A stretch of 64,000 nt of DNA from Candidatus Poribacteria bacterium (GTDB taxonomy: Bacteria > Poribacteria > WGA-4E > WGA-3G). This document shows positions 10,390 to 20,997 of the stretch, piece by piece (position 1 is the stretch's first letter; each line of letters opens with the position of its first letter). The stretch is taken from the NCBI GenBank assembly GCA_965205025.1, contig CBDBFU010000012.1, forward strand, positions 64,001-128,000, read 5' to 3'. A program made the translations under genes and the position numbers. Under the pieces are notes generated by a model. The model was given only the letters and a program-made list of their open reading frames with translations, did no database searches and was not told the DNA's origin.

Positions 10390-11049
10390 CTATTCTTCTA
10401 TTACACGACGTAATCGCAGTAAGGATTCTGCAATAGAGATAAGATTAGGATTGATTTCTAAGGCTTTTCTATAGGCATCTACTGCTTCATCAACTTTTCC
10501 TAACCTTAGATATATATGACCCATACCTGCATACGCACCAAAATGATGTGGATTTAACTCTATTGTTTGTATGCAATCCGTTAGAGAATTGTCCCAATCC
10601 TCTAACATAAAATATGCTATTGCTCGTTGATTGTAACCTTCAGCAAAACTTGGATCCAACTGAATTACCTCTGAAAAACACTCAACTGCGTCTATGAACT
10701 TTTCATTCTTTAAAGATCTTTTACCCGTATTTAGCAATCTATCTACGCTCTCTTGTCCAGATCGTGCCCAGATAGTCCATAATGCCATTTCGGTGTTAAA
10801 ACTGGCACGTATATCTTCATTTTTGAGATTCTTTACTAAAGCAGGAACTGATTCCATACTTCCAATTAGTCCTAAGGCTGTGGCAGCAGCTCTGGCAACC
10901 AGTGGGTCGTCGTCTGGAAGATAGTTTACTAAGTCGTTTTCAGAATACTTAGAGTTTAGTAGGTTTTTTAAACTTACCTGATCAGATTCATTAAACATCT
11001 GTGCTGCTAATTCTGAAAAACCATTACGTTCTGCCATAGATATCCTCAT
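10390..11049 (-). CDS. HEAT-repeat plus TPR protein
   Basis: DDDPLVARAAATALGLIG (HEAT), then FAEGYNQRAIAYF and HHFGAYAGMGHIY (TPRs). Confidence 0.85.
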   Translation of the reverse strand: MRISMAERNGFSELAAQMFNESDQVSLKNLLNSKYSENDLVNYLPDDDPLVARAAATALGLIGSMESVPALVKNLKNEDIRASFNTEMALWTIWARSGQESVDRLLNTGKRSLKNEKFIDAVECFSEVIQLDPSFAEGYNQRAIAYFMLEDWDNSLTDCIQTIELNPHHFGAYAGMGHIYLRLGKVDEAVDAYRKALEINPNLISIAESLLRLRRVIEE

Positions 11050-11139
11050 GTTTCCTATTTCCTATATTTAATAGTTGATTATAGCATATTTTTTTTGGAA
11101 ATTACACTATATATCTCAAGACCAGTTTCAGGTATGTAA

Positions 11140-11250
11140 TACCATTTCTGATAAATAAAGTAACTCTACTGTAGCATAAACTTCCAGTTTGTGCAGTATT
11201 TCAAGACATGCTGAACAACCGTTCATGAGATGAACATTTTAGAATTGGTC
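11140..11250. mobile_element. MITE-like wrapper type C with GTAGCATAAACT..AGTTTGTGC REP
   Basis: taccatttctg...agaattggtc. Homologous copies at 13880, 20852-20976 and 30895-30995. Confidence 0.7.
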
Positions 11251-11317
11251 TAAGATCTTCATCATTTGTGATATTCTAATTGGTGATCTTTACTAAATTC
11301 AGTCCCGTGGAATGACT

Positions 11318-11420
11318 TATGAGGATTAAGTAAAGATTTCGGTTATCCAGTCCAAAAAATTATCGTAGGGGCGGGGTTAACCCGCCCGTATATTACCGAT
11401 TTAAAAAATTAATCTTCATA
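11318..11420. mobile_element. MITE-like wrapper type B, copy 2
   Basis: TATGAGGATTAA...TTAATCTTCATA, carrying a different REP (gtaggggcggggttaacccgccc) from copy 1. Confidence 0.7.
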
Positions 11421-11534
11421 TAGCATTCATACCCGACGAATGCCATACGCGCATTCGGCGTTGATTTGGGGGAATGCTAAATAGCATTCATACCGTTGAT
11501 TCCTTGATTCCTTCATTCCTTCATTCCTTGATTT
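11421..11534. repeat. Nested 35-bp hairpin micro-elements plus 8-bp tandem repeat
   Basis: Half copy tagcattcatacc, then variant cgacgaatgc..gcattcggcgttgatt, then full copy ggggaatgctaaatagcattcataccgttgattc, then ctt(g/c)attc about 4 times. Confidence 0.75.
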
Positions 11535-11685
11535 TATGTTTCTTTAGAGGGTTAAAACAACGAAATAACGGCTTTTTAAGTCCAAAAATTGAGAAAATCA
11601 CACAACATCTCGGTGCTATTGGTCACATACAGACATAATTAAATCTATCTGATATTTATCAAACTTCATCAGATGTCAATGTTTA

Positions 11686-12840
11686 TCAGTGTTTACTTTG
11701 TATTTGTTCTTGAAAATGCTTACTGAGATCAGACAGTATATGTCTTTGTCCTGAAAGTTCAAGTTGTATTTGATGGAATGTTTTTCGAACGGATCGACTC
11801 ACATCTTGCAGAAGGAGATAACTTAGCACCTTGACACCTATATCCGCATACGCACCTTTTCTACCTCTTGAGCTCATTTTTGATAAATGTAGATCTGTTT
11901 TTAGGTATCGCCAAAACTGTTCTATACTGTGGTGTTGAGACCAAATCCTCAGTATCTCACAGGAGCGTAGCGGCTTTCCAAATACTAACATTGTTCGCAT
12001 TTTACCCCTATCTAAAAAGAATAGTACCACCAGTGAACCCAATGTTGGACTTGTAGCTTGTGTGCGATAGTGTGGTTTATGACACCCCCATTGATCCGTG
12101 TTTAGTTGTATCTGTTTTTTATGAGCAGAAAGTTTAGTCGTCGTGTTATCTATAGTCATCACATAGTTGTTTTTTCCGTGAACAAGTATGCGATCAAATC
12201 CTAAGTCAGACAGACTTTGGACAAGTTCTTTACTGCCATACCACGAATCGAAAGTGATCGGATATTTTCTCAGTTCAATGCCTTGGGTCTCAAAGAAATC
12301 CAAAACATCTCTGAGCATCGTATCAAAAAGACTCGGTTTGTCTGTGTTGCCTCTCCCTTGTTTGCTGACAATGCGGATATTGAGGGGGATGATCATACTC
12401 CCAATCTTGATTGTGATAGCTAACACATTACGACCTCGGATCGTGTTATTCTGTTTTTTTGACCACCAGGGGTAGCAATAGGACAGCAGTTTACCATACC
12501 TTGGATCATTCGTATCATCTACACTGATTGTGATACAGCGACGAGATTGGGTAGAAGCACTTTTGGATTCTGACTCCCGTATCTCTTGGATGGCAATAGA
12601 GCCTCCGATACGCAGTAAGAGAGACTGCCATTGATATAGACTGAAGTCTTTTAGATGACGATAAAGGTTCGCTTTCGATATTGACAACGCTTCTGCTACT
12701 TGATTCGAGTTGTAAAGACCAAACAGATGACCCGTTGAAAGGAGTAGCAGTGTTTCTAAAAGTTGTGTCGTTATTGTCCGAAAGTTGGTGAAGAGAAGTA
12801 TTTGAAAATACATAGTAGATTTGATAAGATGTTGACGCAT
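11686..12840 (-). mobile_element. DDE transposase (IS701/IS4-like); element ends not defined
   Basis: Triad motifs ISVDDT, ITFDSWY and SIEQFWRYLKTDL, with an N-terminal HTH. TAGGAG RBS before ATG 12840. Confidence 0.85.
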
Positions 12841-13081
12841 GGGATAAACTCCTAAGTTGTAATAGTTTAAACACATTATTTAGGATGATATCCCATGCCC
12901 TAAAAGTCAAGAATAAAATAAAAAACGCATTTTCAGGACGCTATATAGCCTCAGTACTGATTGTTAATAGGTTAAGAACAATTCTGAGAATTGTCAGCAT
13001 TAGTATTTCAATCCATGTATAACATCTGTTCATGGTATAAACATTTATAAAAATGCTATAACATCTTTTAGGAGTTGCTAC

Positions 13082-13874
13082 ATGGCAGAAAGAACTGATC
13101 CATCTCAAAAAAATAAATCATCCTTTTTATTGTCAATATCGCGCAGTTTATGAATATGCAACGCAATTCATAAAAGCAATGAATGTATTAGATATTGGAT
13201 GCGGTGAAGGATATGGAGCACACCTGTTAGCACAACGCGCCAAAGAAGTCTTTGCTATTGATAAAGATAAGAAATCTATTCAAGAAGCACAACGAAAATA
13301 TCCCCTACCAAACCTTAGTTTTGACGTTCAACATGTTGAGAATCTTTCAAAATATACCCAAAAAACCTTTGATGTCATCTGTTGTTTTCACGTGATTGAA
13401 CATCTAAAAGAACCGAATCGTTTATTAGCGGATATAAGTAAACTTCTATCAAAGTCAGGTATACTGTTGATTTCTACCCCAAACCGATATTCACCTTTTC
13501 GGAGTGCTACTGGGATAGAGTGGCCCTATCATGAACGGGAGTATTCCGTTGACGAATATCGCAAACTCCTTTCATCCTGTTTTAAAAATGTAACACTTTA
13601 CGCACTTCATGCACGCGAAAAAGTTCAACAATTTCAAAACATTCGAACACGGTATGTCCAGCAAATATTCAGGTGGGATATCCTGAAAATGCGCAAGTGG
13701 CTTCCTAAACGCATGCTGCAATCCTGCTATAACATTGGTGGAAAAATGTTAAAATCATTTATGAAAGCAACTCACGATAGCTTAATATCCAATATCACAT
13801 TATCAGATTTTCATGTATCAGATACCCAACTTCACCATGGGTTAGACCTTATTGGTGTCTGCCGAACCCAATGA
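13082..13874 (+). CDS. Class I SAM-dependent methyltransferase (apparent +1 frameshift in the A7 run at 13107-13113)
   Basis: AGGAG RBS and MAERTDPSQK; the next frame continues INHPFYCQYRAVYEYA...VLDIGCGEGYG, FHVIEHL, ISTPN. Confidence 0.85.
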
Positions 13875-13879
13875 ACTTA

Positions 13880-14070
13880 TACCATTTCTGGTAATTAAAG
13901 TCCCATTAATAGAATCTCTTTAATGTAGCACAAACTTCCAGTTTGTGCTTTTTAGTCCTATTAGGAGGGGATTCCGATCCTAAATCTTCTCTTCTGTAGG
14001 AGGGAATTCCGCTCAATCCTTCAAGATTCTATTCCTACCCTTGGTAGGCTTGGTTGGTAATCCCTGCCTT
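13880..14070. repeat. Wrapper C left end plus degenerate REP hairpins
   Basis: taccatttctggtaatta...gtagcacaaacttccagtttgtgc is nearly identical to 20852-20920, followed by gtaggagggaattccg-type hairpins. Confidence 0.7.
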
Positions 14071-14525
14071 AGTATCTGTATTGAAAGAAAATCTTACTGA
14101 CAATAACCTCTCTTTTCCGTGTAATCCGCGTAATCTGTGATTCAGACAACTCAAAACAAACATAATACCATTCCTAATACATTAAAAAATATGAAGAAAA
14201 CACCCACTACTAACAACTAACATACATATATCACAAAAACGCAAAAACATTTTAATAATTGTCAAAATATAAATAAAATCAAGGGTTAGAATTCAAACTA
14301 AAAACCAACAACTAAAAACCAATGACTATCTATAAAAACGATCCTAATTACAAAGCTTCATATACGTCAAAAAAACATACTGTTTTTATGGTAGAGAATG
14401 TCAAAATTAGAAAGGACAAAAAGAACACAAAATCACACATTTTAGAAATTCTTATAAAGTTAATTCAAAGTGAAGTAAAGCCAGTCTATGACAGGGGTTA
14501 CAGGGGGAATTTACACCAATTTCAA

Positions 14526-14542
14526 TGTCACACCGTGTGACA
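14526..14542. promoter_or_regulatory. Perfect palindrome, candidate transcription-factor site
   Basis: TGTCACA-ccg-TGTGACA in the long intergenic region upstream of the aspartate kinase gene. Confidence 0.5.
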
Positions 14543-14691
14543 AAAAGTGTAACTTTTTTCCTATTTTCGACGCATAGACTAATGCAACAACAACACGATA
14601 TACTGTCTGAGTATTTAGGATTAAATGGATGTTTTTATACCTTATATATTGTCTGTATATTAGGATTAAATGTCTGTTTTTATGTCTTCGG

Positions 14692-14756
14692 GTAGAGCGG
14701 AGCGAAACCCGACTTCTTTCGTTCCTGTTGGGTTTCGCAAACTCAATACAACCTAT
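14692..14756. repeat. REPIN-like inverted pair
   Basis: gtagagcggagcgaaacccgac...gttgggtttcgcaaactcaatacaacctat. Confidence 0.65.
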
Positions 14757-14896
14757 AAGATAAACTCTAAGGAACACACATCAACGAAAAGATTCTTAAA
14801 ACTAAATTACCGGGCTATTGTATTTGAATAAATGACATTATCAACATAGATATGGTATAATTGTAAATTATCAAGAAATTTAGTTGGAGGATTGGA

Positions 14897-16255
14897 TTGC
14901 TTAAAGTTTCAAAATTTGGAGGAAGTTCACTTGCAAATGCAGAACAAGTCAATAGAGTTTGTGATATAATTATCGCAGACAAAGATAGACGAATTATCAT
15001 TGTTTCTGCTCCTGGCAAGAGACATAGTAACGATATTAAAGTTACAGATCTACTAATTGCTGCTGCGTCTGAAAGGTTAATGGGGAAAACCGGGGCATCA
15101 GAATGTGCTGAAGCCATTGAAAGATATAGGAATATTGCCAAAGAATTGGAACTTCCCCCTGTTGTAATTGAGCCAATTGCTAATGATCTAACAGAACGTC
15201 TTAATTCCAGTATAGAGGATTCAGATCTATACATGGATACCATGAAGGCTGGTGGTGAAGATAATTGTGCTCGATTAATAGCAAAGGTGTTAGAGGCACG
15301 TGGTGTGGAAGCATACTACGTAAATCCAAAAGATGCAGGTATGTTGTTATCAGACGAACCTGGAAACGCACAAGTTCTACCTGAGGCATACACCCACCTT
15401 AGAAATCTCAGTGACCGATCGGGAATTACTATCTTTCCAGGTTTCTTTGGATATTCAAAAACAGGAAACATTGTCACTTTTTCACGAGGTGGTTCTGACA
15501 TTACAGGTGCAATTCTTGCCGGTGCTGTACGCGCCGAAGTATATGAGAATTTTACCGATGTAGATTCAGTTTTCTCAGCAAATCCCAACATTGTTACAGA
15601 TCCAGCACCCATTTCTGAACTTACTTACAGAGAAATGAGAGAACTCTCATACGCAGGTTTTTCAGTTTTTCATGATGAGGCTCTTGAACCCGTGTATCGC
15701 GCAATGGTACCAGTACACATACGAAACACAAATAATCCTACTGCAGATGGTACTTTAATCGTTCCAGAACGCACTTCATCTGATTTTCCAGTTGTTGGTA
15801 TTGCAGCGATGGGGGATGTTTGCTGTGTGTATCTCAGCAAATATCTGATGAACAGACAAGTCGGTTTTGGTAGACGTTTACTTCAGATATTAGAAGAAGA
15901 AAATATATCATTTGAGCATATTCCTTCAGGGATAGATAATATGTCTGTAATCTTGCGCGAAGAGAATTTATCGGAAAAAAAAGAAAGAAGAGTAGTTGAG
16001 AAAATTCGACAGACTCTTGCCCCAGAAGACATCTTTGTTGAACGTGATTTATCCCTCATAATGGTAGTTGGTGAAGGCATGCGTCATACTGTTGGAATTG
16101 CATCACGTGCATCTGGAGCGTTAGCTGGTTCAGGAGTAAATATTGAAATGATTAACCAAGGTTCTAATGAAGTCAGTATGATGTTTGGTGTAAAATCCAC
16201 TGATATGGAAAACGCTGTACAAGCTCTCTATAAGGAATTCTTCAATGGTAATTAG
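14897..16255 (+). CDS. lysC: Aspartate kinase (YclM/AKIII-like)
   Basis: KVSKFGGSSLA, VSAPGKR, TFSRGGSDITG, YENFTDVD, two C-terminal ACT domains. GGAGG RBS with TTG start. Confidence 0.93.
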   Translation: MLKVSKFGGSSLANAEQVNRVCDIIIADKDRRIIIVSAPGKRHSNDIKVTDLLIAAASERLMGKTGASECAEAIERYRNIAKELELPPVVIEPIANDLTERLNSSIEDSDLYMDTMKAGGEDNCARLIAKVLEARGVEAYYVNPKDAGMLLSDEPGNAQVLPEAYTHLRNLSDRSGITIFPGFFGYSKTGNIVTFSRGGSDITGAILAGAVRAEVYENFTDVDSVFSANPNIVTDPAPISELTYREMRELSYAGFSVFHDEALEPVYRAMVPVHIRNTNNPTADGTLIVPERTSSDFPVVGIAAMGDVCCVYLSKYLMNRQVGFGRRLLQILEEENISFEHIPSGIDNMSVILREENLSEKKERRVVEKIRQTLAPEDIFVERDLSLIMVVGEGMRHTVGIASRASGALAGSGVNIEMINQGSNEVSMMFGVKSTDMENAVQALYKEFFNGN

Positions 16256-17069
16256 AGTTAAACCAAAAGAAATCGACGATTGCAAACTATCTGAAGAACA
16301 TATTAAGAAAGCTGTAAATGCTATTCAGGTTGATGGATATGTGGTTATAGAAAATGTAATAAGTCATGATTCCTTAGACATATTACGCGAAAGAATGGAT
16401 GCTGATTCCAAGAAATTAATAAAAGCAGGAAAATGGGGTGGTGCAGGGATGCTTAAAGGACATTTACAACAAGGTCCTCCACCATTTGCTCCCTACATCT
16501 TCAGAGATGTTGTCGCGAATCCATTAATTATACAAATCACTAAAGAGATATTGGGTGAAGGTTTATATAACAACTTTTATAATGGTAATACGAACTGTCC
16601 AGGTAGTTCGACACAGCCACTTCATAGAGATGGAGATCATCTGTGGCAGAATCAGGAAATTGCACATCCAACGGCAGAAGTGGTTGTAAACATATCACCT
16701 CAAGACACAACTGAAGAAAATGGTAGTGTGGAATTATGGCCAGGATCACATTTAGATATCAGTGGACGACACATAGATGAAGAAATTGAGGCAAAACGAC
16801 GTGAAATCGCACCACCTATACGAGGAAATGCTAAGAAAGGTAGTGCTTTAATCCGTGATATGCGTTTATGGCATCGAGGTGTACCGAACGAATCTGACGA
16901 ACCAAGACACATGATCGCTATGATACATCGAATATATTGGTTGAAATCAAGAAGACGTTTGAAATATCGTAAGGGGTGTGAAGAAGCTTTTGAAAATAGC
17001 GAACTTGATCATAATGCAGATTTCGTAGAAGCCAAACTTGATGAATATCTATTCAATCCAAGTTTTTAG
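16245..17069 (+). CDS. Phytanoyl-CoA dioxygenase (PhyH) family
   Basis: DGYVVIENV, QPLHRD (HxD), ELWPGSH, LWHRG. Confidence 0.9.
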   Translation: MVIRVKPKEIDDCKLSEEHIKKAVNAIQVDGYVVIENVISHDSLDILRERMDADSKKLIKAGKWGGAGMLKGHLQQGPPPFAPYIFRDVVANPLIIQITKEILGEGLYNNFYNGNTNCPGSSTQPLHRDGDHLWQNQEIAHPTAEVVVNISPQDTTEENGSVELWPGSHLDISGRHIDEEIEAKRREIAPPIRGNAKKGSALIRDMRLWHRGVPNESDEPRHMIAMIHRIYWLKSRRRLKYRKGCEEAFENSELDHNADFVEAKLDEYLFNPSF

Positions 17070-17137
17070 GATATTTGTCAGATTTCCATATAATCTTTCA
17101 AGAAAGGATTCGATTATATCAGAAGTATATCCTGTGT

Positions 17138-18859
17138 ATGAATGATAAAAAGACACAAAGACATGGACAACAGAAGAAATTGATTATTGGTATTGGGTAT
17201 CCATTACTAATTGTAGCAGCATTTTGTACTATGATTCCTCTCTTGTGGTTGTTAAGCTCATCATTCAAAACTGCAGACGAAGTTTTTGCAGTTCCAATCC
17301 AATGGCTACCAAAATTACCACCTCGAATTAACTCCTCACCTTATATACTCTCAAAAACCTATCCCCCATTAAAGAAACCTGAGGAAGTGAATTCGAATGA
17401 TTGGATTAGTATTTTACCTAATTTAGAACAACGCATTTGGAGGAAGATACAAGAACATTTGTCAGAACATTCATACCCACATAATGAGAATCAATATATA
17501 TTATTCAAGACTGAGATGATTGAAGGAGTATGGATGCATCATTCTCCCAACCTACCAAAGAAATTATGGGAAGGCACACAGGAAGACATTATCTATCAGG
17601 TTGAGAATGGTATTATATCTGAAACAGTCCAAACCGTATATGAAAATGTCATTCGACAGGTATCTGTTGGTTCAATTGTTATAGAAGATATTGACTTTAA
17701 ACGTATCACTATAGATTCTGTTGTATGGGAATCTGAAATGATAAGGATTAGAGAATCTTCAGAATCTCATAATGCCAATCCAGTTGTAAATTTATCTTAC
17801 AACTTCAATGAGGATAATGTGAAAACAATATCTACTTCTCTCAACTCATCAATTCCATTAGAACGTATACGACGGATTTTAATACCAATACATGGGGATG
17901 CTTCATACCATCAGCTAACCTTTACTATTACCACAAGAGACAAAAGTTTCACATCAACAAAACCGTTTGTATTATCTTCATCGCTATGGAATGACAGTGA
18001 ATGGCGGTTGAATGGAATTCCAGGAAACTTAGAATCATCACAAATAATGGTGAAACCAATTGATTCAGACTTAAAAATGGACGAAATCAGTAGTAATGAG
18101 AATCAATTATTTGATCCAGATGTAAAAACAGAATTGACAATAAATCTAACAATTGATCGACCGCCATATATAACAATTGTCTGGAATAAATTAACGACAA
18201 ACTATCGTAAATTATGGAGTGTTGTTCCATATAACCAGTATTTCATAAATAGTGTATTCATAGCAACAGCATCAACCCTACTCACACTATTCTTCTGTTC
18301 GTTAGGTGGTTTTGCATTTGCGAAATACCAATTTAAAGGCAAAAAAGTGTTATTTGGTATCCTTCTCGCATCTATGATGATTCCTTTCCAGGTCTTATTG
18401 GTCCCTCTCTTTGGCCTAATGTATAATATCGGTTGGTTAAATAGTTATATGGCAATTATCATCCCATTTTCAGTTGGGGCATTTGGAGTATTCTTGATGC
18501 GTCAATTTATAATTACAATACCTTCCGAATTAATTGATGCAGCACGAATTGACGGATGTTCAGAGTTTGGTATATATTATAGGATAATCCTTCCAATAAT
18601 AAAACCAGCACTTGGTGCGTTAACAATCTACTCATTCTTGGGTTCATGGAATGGTTATCTCTGGCCACTCATCGTCTTACGTGATGAGCAAAAATACACA
18701 TTACCGATCGGGTTAGCAAATCTTATAGGTACATATCGTCAAGAATATGGTATGCTGATGGCAGGAACACTGCTGTCGTTATTACCTATAGTCATCCTCT
18801 TCTTAGCAATGCAACGTGAATTTATACAAGGTATTACCTTAGGTAGTGTAAAGGAGTAA
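17138..18859 (+). CDS. Carbohydrate ABC transporter permease (MalG-like) with large extracytoplasmic insertion
   Basis: PLLWLLSSSFKT, about 300-aa soluble insert, NS motif, ELIDAARIDG (EAA loop), QREFIQGITLGSVKE. Confidence 0.9.
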   Translation: MNDKKTQRHGQQKKLIIGIGYPLLIVAAFCTMIPLLWLLSSSFKTADEVFAVPIQWLPKLPPRINSSPYILSKTYPPLKKPEEVNSNDWISILPNLEQRIWRKIQEHLSEHSYPHNENQYILFKTEMIEGVWMHHSPNLPKKLWEGTQEDIIYQVENGIISETVQTVYENVIRQVSVGSIVIEDIDFKRITIDSVVWESEMIRIRESSESHNANPVVNLSYNFNEDNVKTISTSLNSSIPLERIRRILIPIHGDASYHQLTFTITTRDKSFTSTKPFVLSSSLWNDSEWRLNGIPGNLESSQIMVKPIDSDLKMDEISSNENQLFDPDVKTELTINLTIDRPPYITIVWNKLTTNYRKLWSVVPYNQYFINSVFIATASTLLTLFFCSLGGFAFAKYQFKGKKVLFGILLASMMIPFQVLLVPLFGLMYNIGWLNSYMAIIIPFSVGAFGVFLMRQFIITIPSELIDAARIDGCSEFGIYYRIILPIIKPALGALTIYSFLGSWNGYLWPLIVLRDEQKYTLPIGLANLIGTYRQEYGMLMAGTLLSLLPIVILFLAMQREFIQGITLGSVKE

Positions 18860-18864
18860 TTCCA

Positions 18865-19170
18865 ATGTCAGACTTTACCCCAGTAACAAAAATATCTAAT
18901 ATTAAGGATGGACGCGGAAAATCTTTCACAGTAAATGGAAAACGAATTGCAATATTTAATCAAGCCGGACAATTCTGTGCAATAGATAATACATGTCCAC
19001 ATGCAATGGGTTCACTTGGTAGAGGAAGGATAAAGAACAATACCGTTGTTTGCCCTGTTCACGGATATGTATATAATACCGAAACGGGTCAATGCATCAC
19101 TGATCCGCGCCTCCAAGTACGGACTTATCCCGTAATTGTTGAAGATGAGGAAATAAAAGTTCAGACTTAA
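18865..19170 (+). CDS. Rieske [2Fe-2S] ferredoxin
   Basis: CPH...CPVH motifs. Confidence 0.92.
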   Translation: MSDFTPVTKISNIKDGRGKSFTVNGKRIAIFNQAGQFCAIDNTCPHAMGSLGRGRIKNNTVVCPVHGYVYNTETGQCITDPRLQVRTYPVIVEDEEIKVQT

Positions 19171-19285
19171 TATAGTCAAGTATGTAAGTGAAAATTTATT
19201 CACGATTTTATTTATCTTGAAATTAATCAGAATATTACATAGAATTAGTTGATATATGAATTTGTATAGAGAGGATAAACATTCT

Positions 19286-20035
19286 ATGAATAAAATTAGT
19301 CTTATATTATCACTAATTTTAATTGTATCCGTATTAGGTTTGACAGGTTGTGAAAGGGTTCAGGATGTTGTCATTGATTCCATGCCAGAAGACACAGACG
19401 ACAGTATGGATGCTCCTGTTAAGTTGGTATTGTTTGTTGACTATCCTGAAGATGGTAAGGATGATTATATTGCCTGGGTTGCTTCTGTTGCTGCAACATT
19501 ACAAGCACCAGATGAAGTCACAAGAATTCGATCTTATGATAATGAAGATCCTACTATGAGTCCGAATAGACTCGTTGAATTTGAATTCGACAATTTCCTT
19601 GATGCTGCATCCTACTTGAATCGGACGGATATCAGTGATATACTTGCTGATATACCAAATCATACAAGTAAGGCGACTGTTTATACATTCATCAAACGTT
19701 CAGATTATGATAAAAGCGGTGAAGATAATTATCCAATTAAGTACATTCTTCTTATCAATTACCCATTGGGTGGAAAGCAAGCATATTTAGATTGGGTAGC
19801 ATCCAATTCATCTACTCTTACAAATCCCTCTGAGTTGAAAGCCATTGCTTCGTATGACAACTTTTATGGTGAATCTTGGCATAGACTTGTTCAATTCGAA
19901 TTTGCAAGTAGAGAAGAATCAGAAATATATGAGGCTCGTGAGGATTTGCAGGTTCTAAAAGAACAACTGGATACTCGGACAGCCGGTTGGACTGAACATA
20001 CTTTTGAGTTAAGATCTGATTATATCAATGAATAA
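19286..20035 (+). CDS. Lipoprotein with two tandem ferredoxin-like (EthD/Dabb-like) domains
   Basis: Lipobox LTGC; duplicated module DYP..GK..Y..WVAS....L..P.E...I.SYDN...RLV.FEF. Confidence 0.65.
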   Translation: MNKISLILSLILIVSVLGLTGCERVQDVVIDSMPEDTDDSMDAPVKLVLFVDYPEDGKDDYIAWVASVAATLQAPDEVTRIRSYDNEDPTMSPNRLVEFEFDNFLDAASYLNRTDISDILADIPNHTSKATVYTFIKRSDYDKSGEDNYPIKYILLINYPLGGKQAYLDWVASNSSTLTNPSELKAIASYDNFYGESWHRLVQFEFASREESEIYEAREDLQVLKEQLDTRTAGWTEHTFELRSDYINE

Positions 20036-20109
20036 CTGAAATAGGTTGAATAAGTATATAACAAAATATTGACTAATAGGTAATACAACTATATTTGAAA
20101 GGAACATTT

Positions 20110-20736
20110 ATGTTACAAACTCCTCCAGATTCCGCAGTAATTCTTTTTAACGGAAAAGACCTAAATAACTGGACAACCCGGGATGGCGGTGAAGCAAAGT
20201 GGGATGTCGAAGATGGTGTCATGACCGTTGTTCCACGTACCGGCGACATCATGACTAAGGAAAAGTTCACTGACCACTATCTACATGTGGAATTCATGTG
20301 TCCGGATATGCCTGAAGCAACCGGTCAAGCTAAAGGGAATAGCGGAGTATTTCTACAGGGTAGATATGAAGTACAGGTTTTAGATTCATACGGTATTGAT
20401 GTGCCCGGGAAAGGTGATTGTGGTGCTATTTACAATCAATTTGCACCCCTTGTGAATGCCTGTAAACCTGCTCTCGAATGGCAAACCTATGATATTATAT
20501 TCCGTGCTCCACGACTTACTGATAAGAGTGAGTTAATTGATAATGTCAGAGTCACTGTTATTCAAAACGGATTGGTTATTCTAAATAATGTTGCACTGCC
20601 TGGAACTACAGGGGCAAATATCGATTCAGCTGTTGGTGAACCTGGACCTCTGCTCTTACAAGACCATGGAAACCACTTAAAATTCCGAAATGTCTGGGCA
20701 GTTCCATTACCACTTGAAGGTTCTGATCAATACTAA
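20110..20736 (+). CDS. DUF1080 / 3-keto-disaccharide hydrolase
   Basis: LFNGKDL, GNSGVFLQGRYEVQVLDS, LLQDHG, FRNVW. Confidence 0.92.
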   Translation: MLQTPPDSAVILFNGKDLNNWTTRDGGEAKWDVEDGVMTVVPRTGDIMTKEKFTDHYLHVEFMCPDMPEATGQAKGNSGVFLQGRYEVQVLDSYGIDVPGKGDCGAIYNQFAPLVNACKPALEWQTYDIIFRAPRLTDKSELIDNVRVTVIQNGLVILNNVALPGTTGANIDSAVGEPGPLLLQDHGNHLKFRNVWAVPLPLEGSDQY

Positions 20737-20851
20737 TTTGAATGCAATAAAGCAAAGCGTGATGAGTTGAATATAAACCAATACAATTCATCACGCTTTT
20801 CCATTAGTGATATACACGAATATAGCATATCCAATGCACAACCAGTAAAAA

Positions 20852-20976
20852 TACCATTTCTGGTAATTATAGTCTCATTAATAGACTCTCTTTAATGTAG
20901 CACAAACTTCCAGTTTGGGTTGTATTTCAAGACATAAATATCACCTAATCATGGGAAAATCAATTATAGAATGGTA
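20852..20976. mobile_element. MITE-like wrapper type C
   Basis: taccatttct...agaatggta with internal gtagcacaaacttccagttt. Confidence 0.75.
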
Positions 20977-20997
20977 TAACTCTATGGGAGGAATCCT

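Noticed and set aside
11540-12960. Terminal inverted repeats for the DDE transposase
   Set aside because: Only a weak gagg...cctc match; boundaries could not be supported.
14322-14777. Short ORFs 14322-14540 and 14511-14777
   Set aside because: Low-complexity or repeat-derived, with no RBS or motifs.
14560-14896. Lysine riboswitch upstream of the aspartate kinase
   Set aside because: No recognisable L-box core; the visible hairpins belong to a REPIN.
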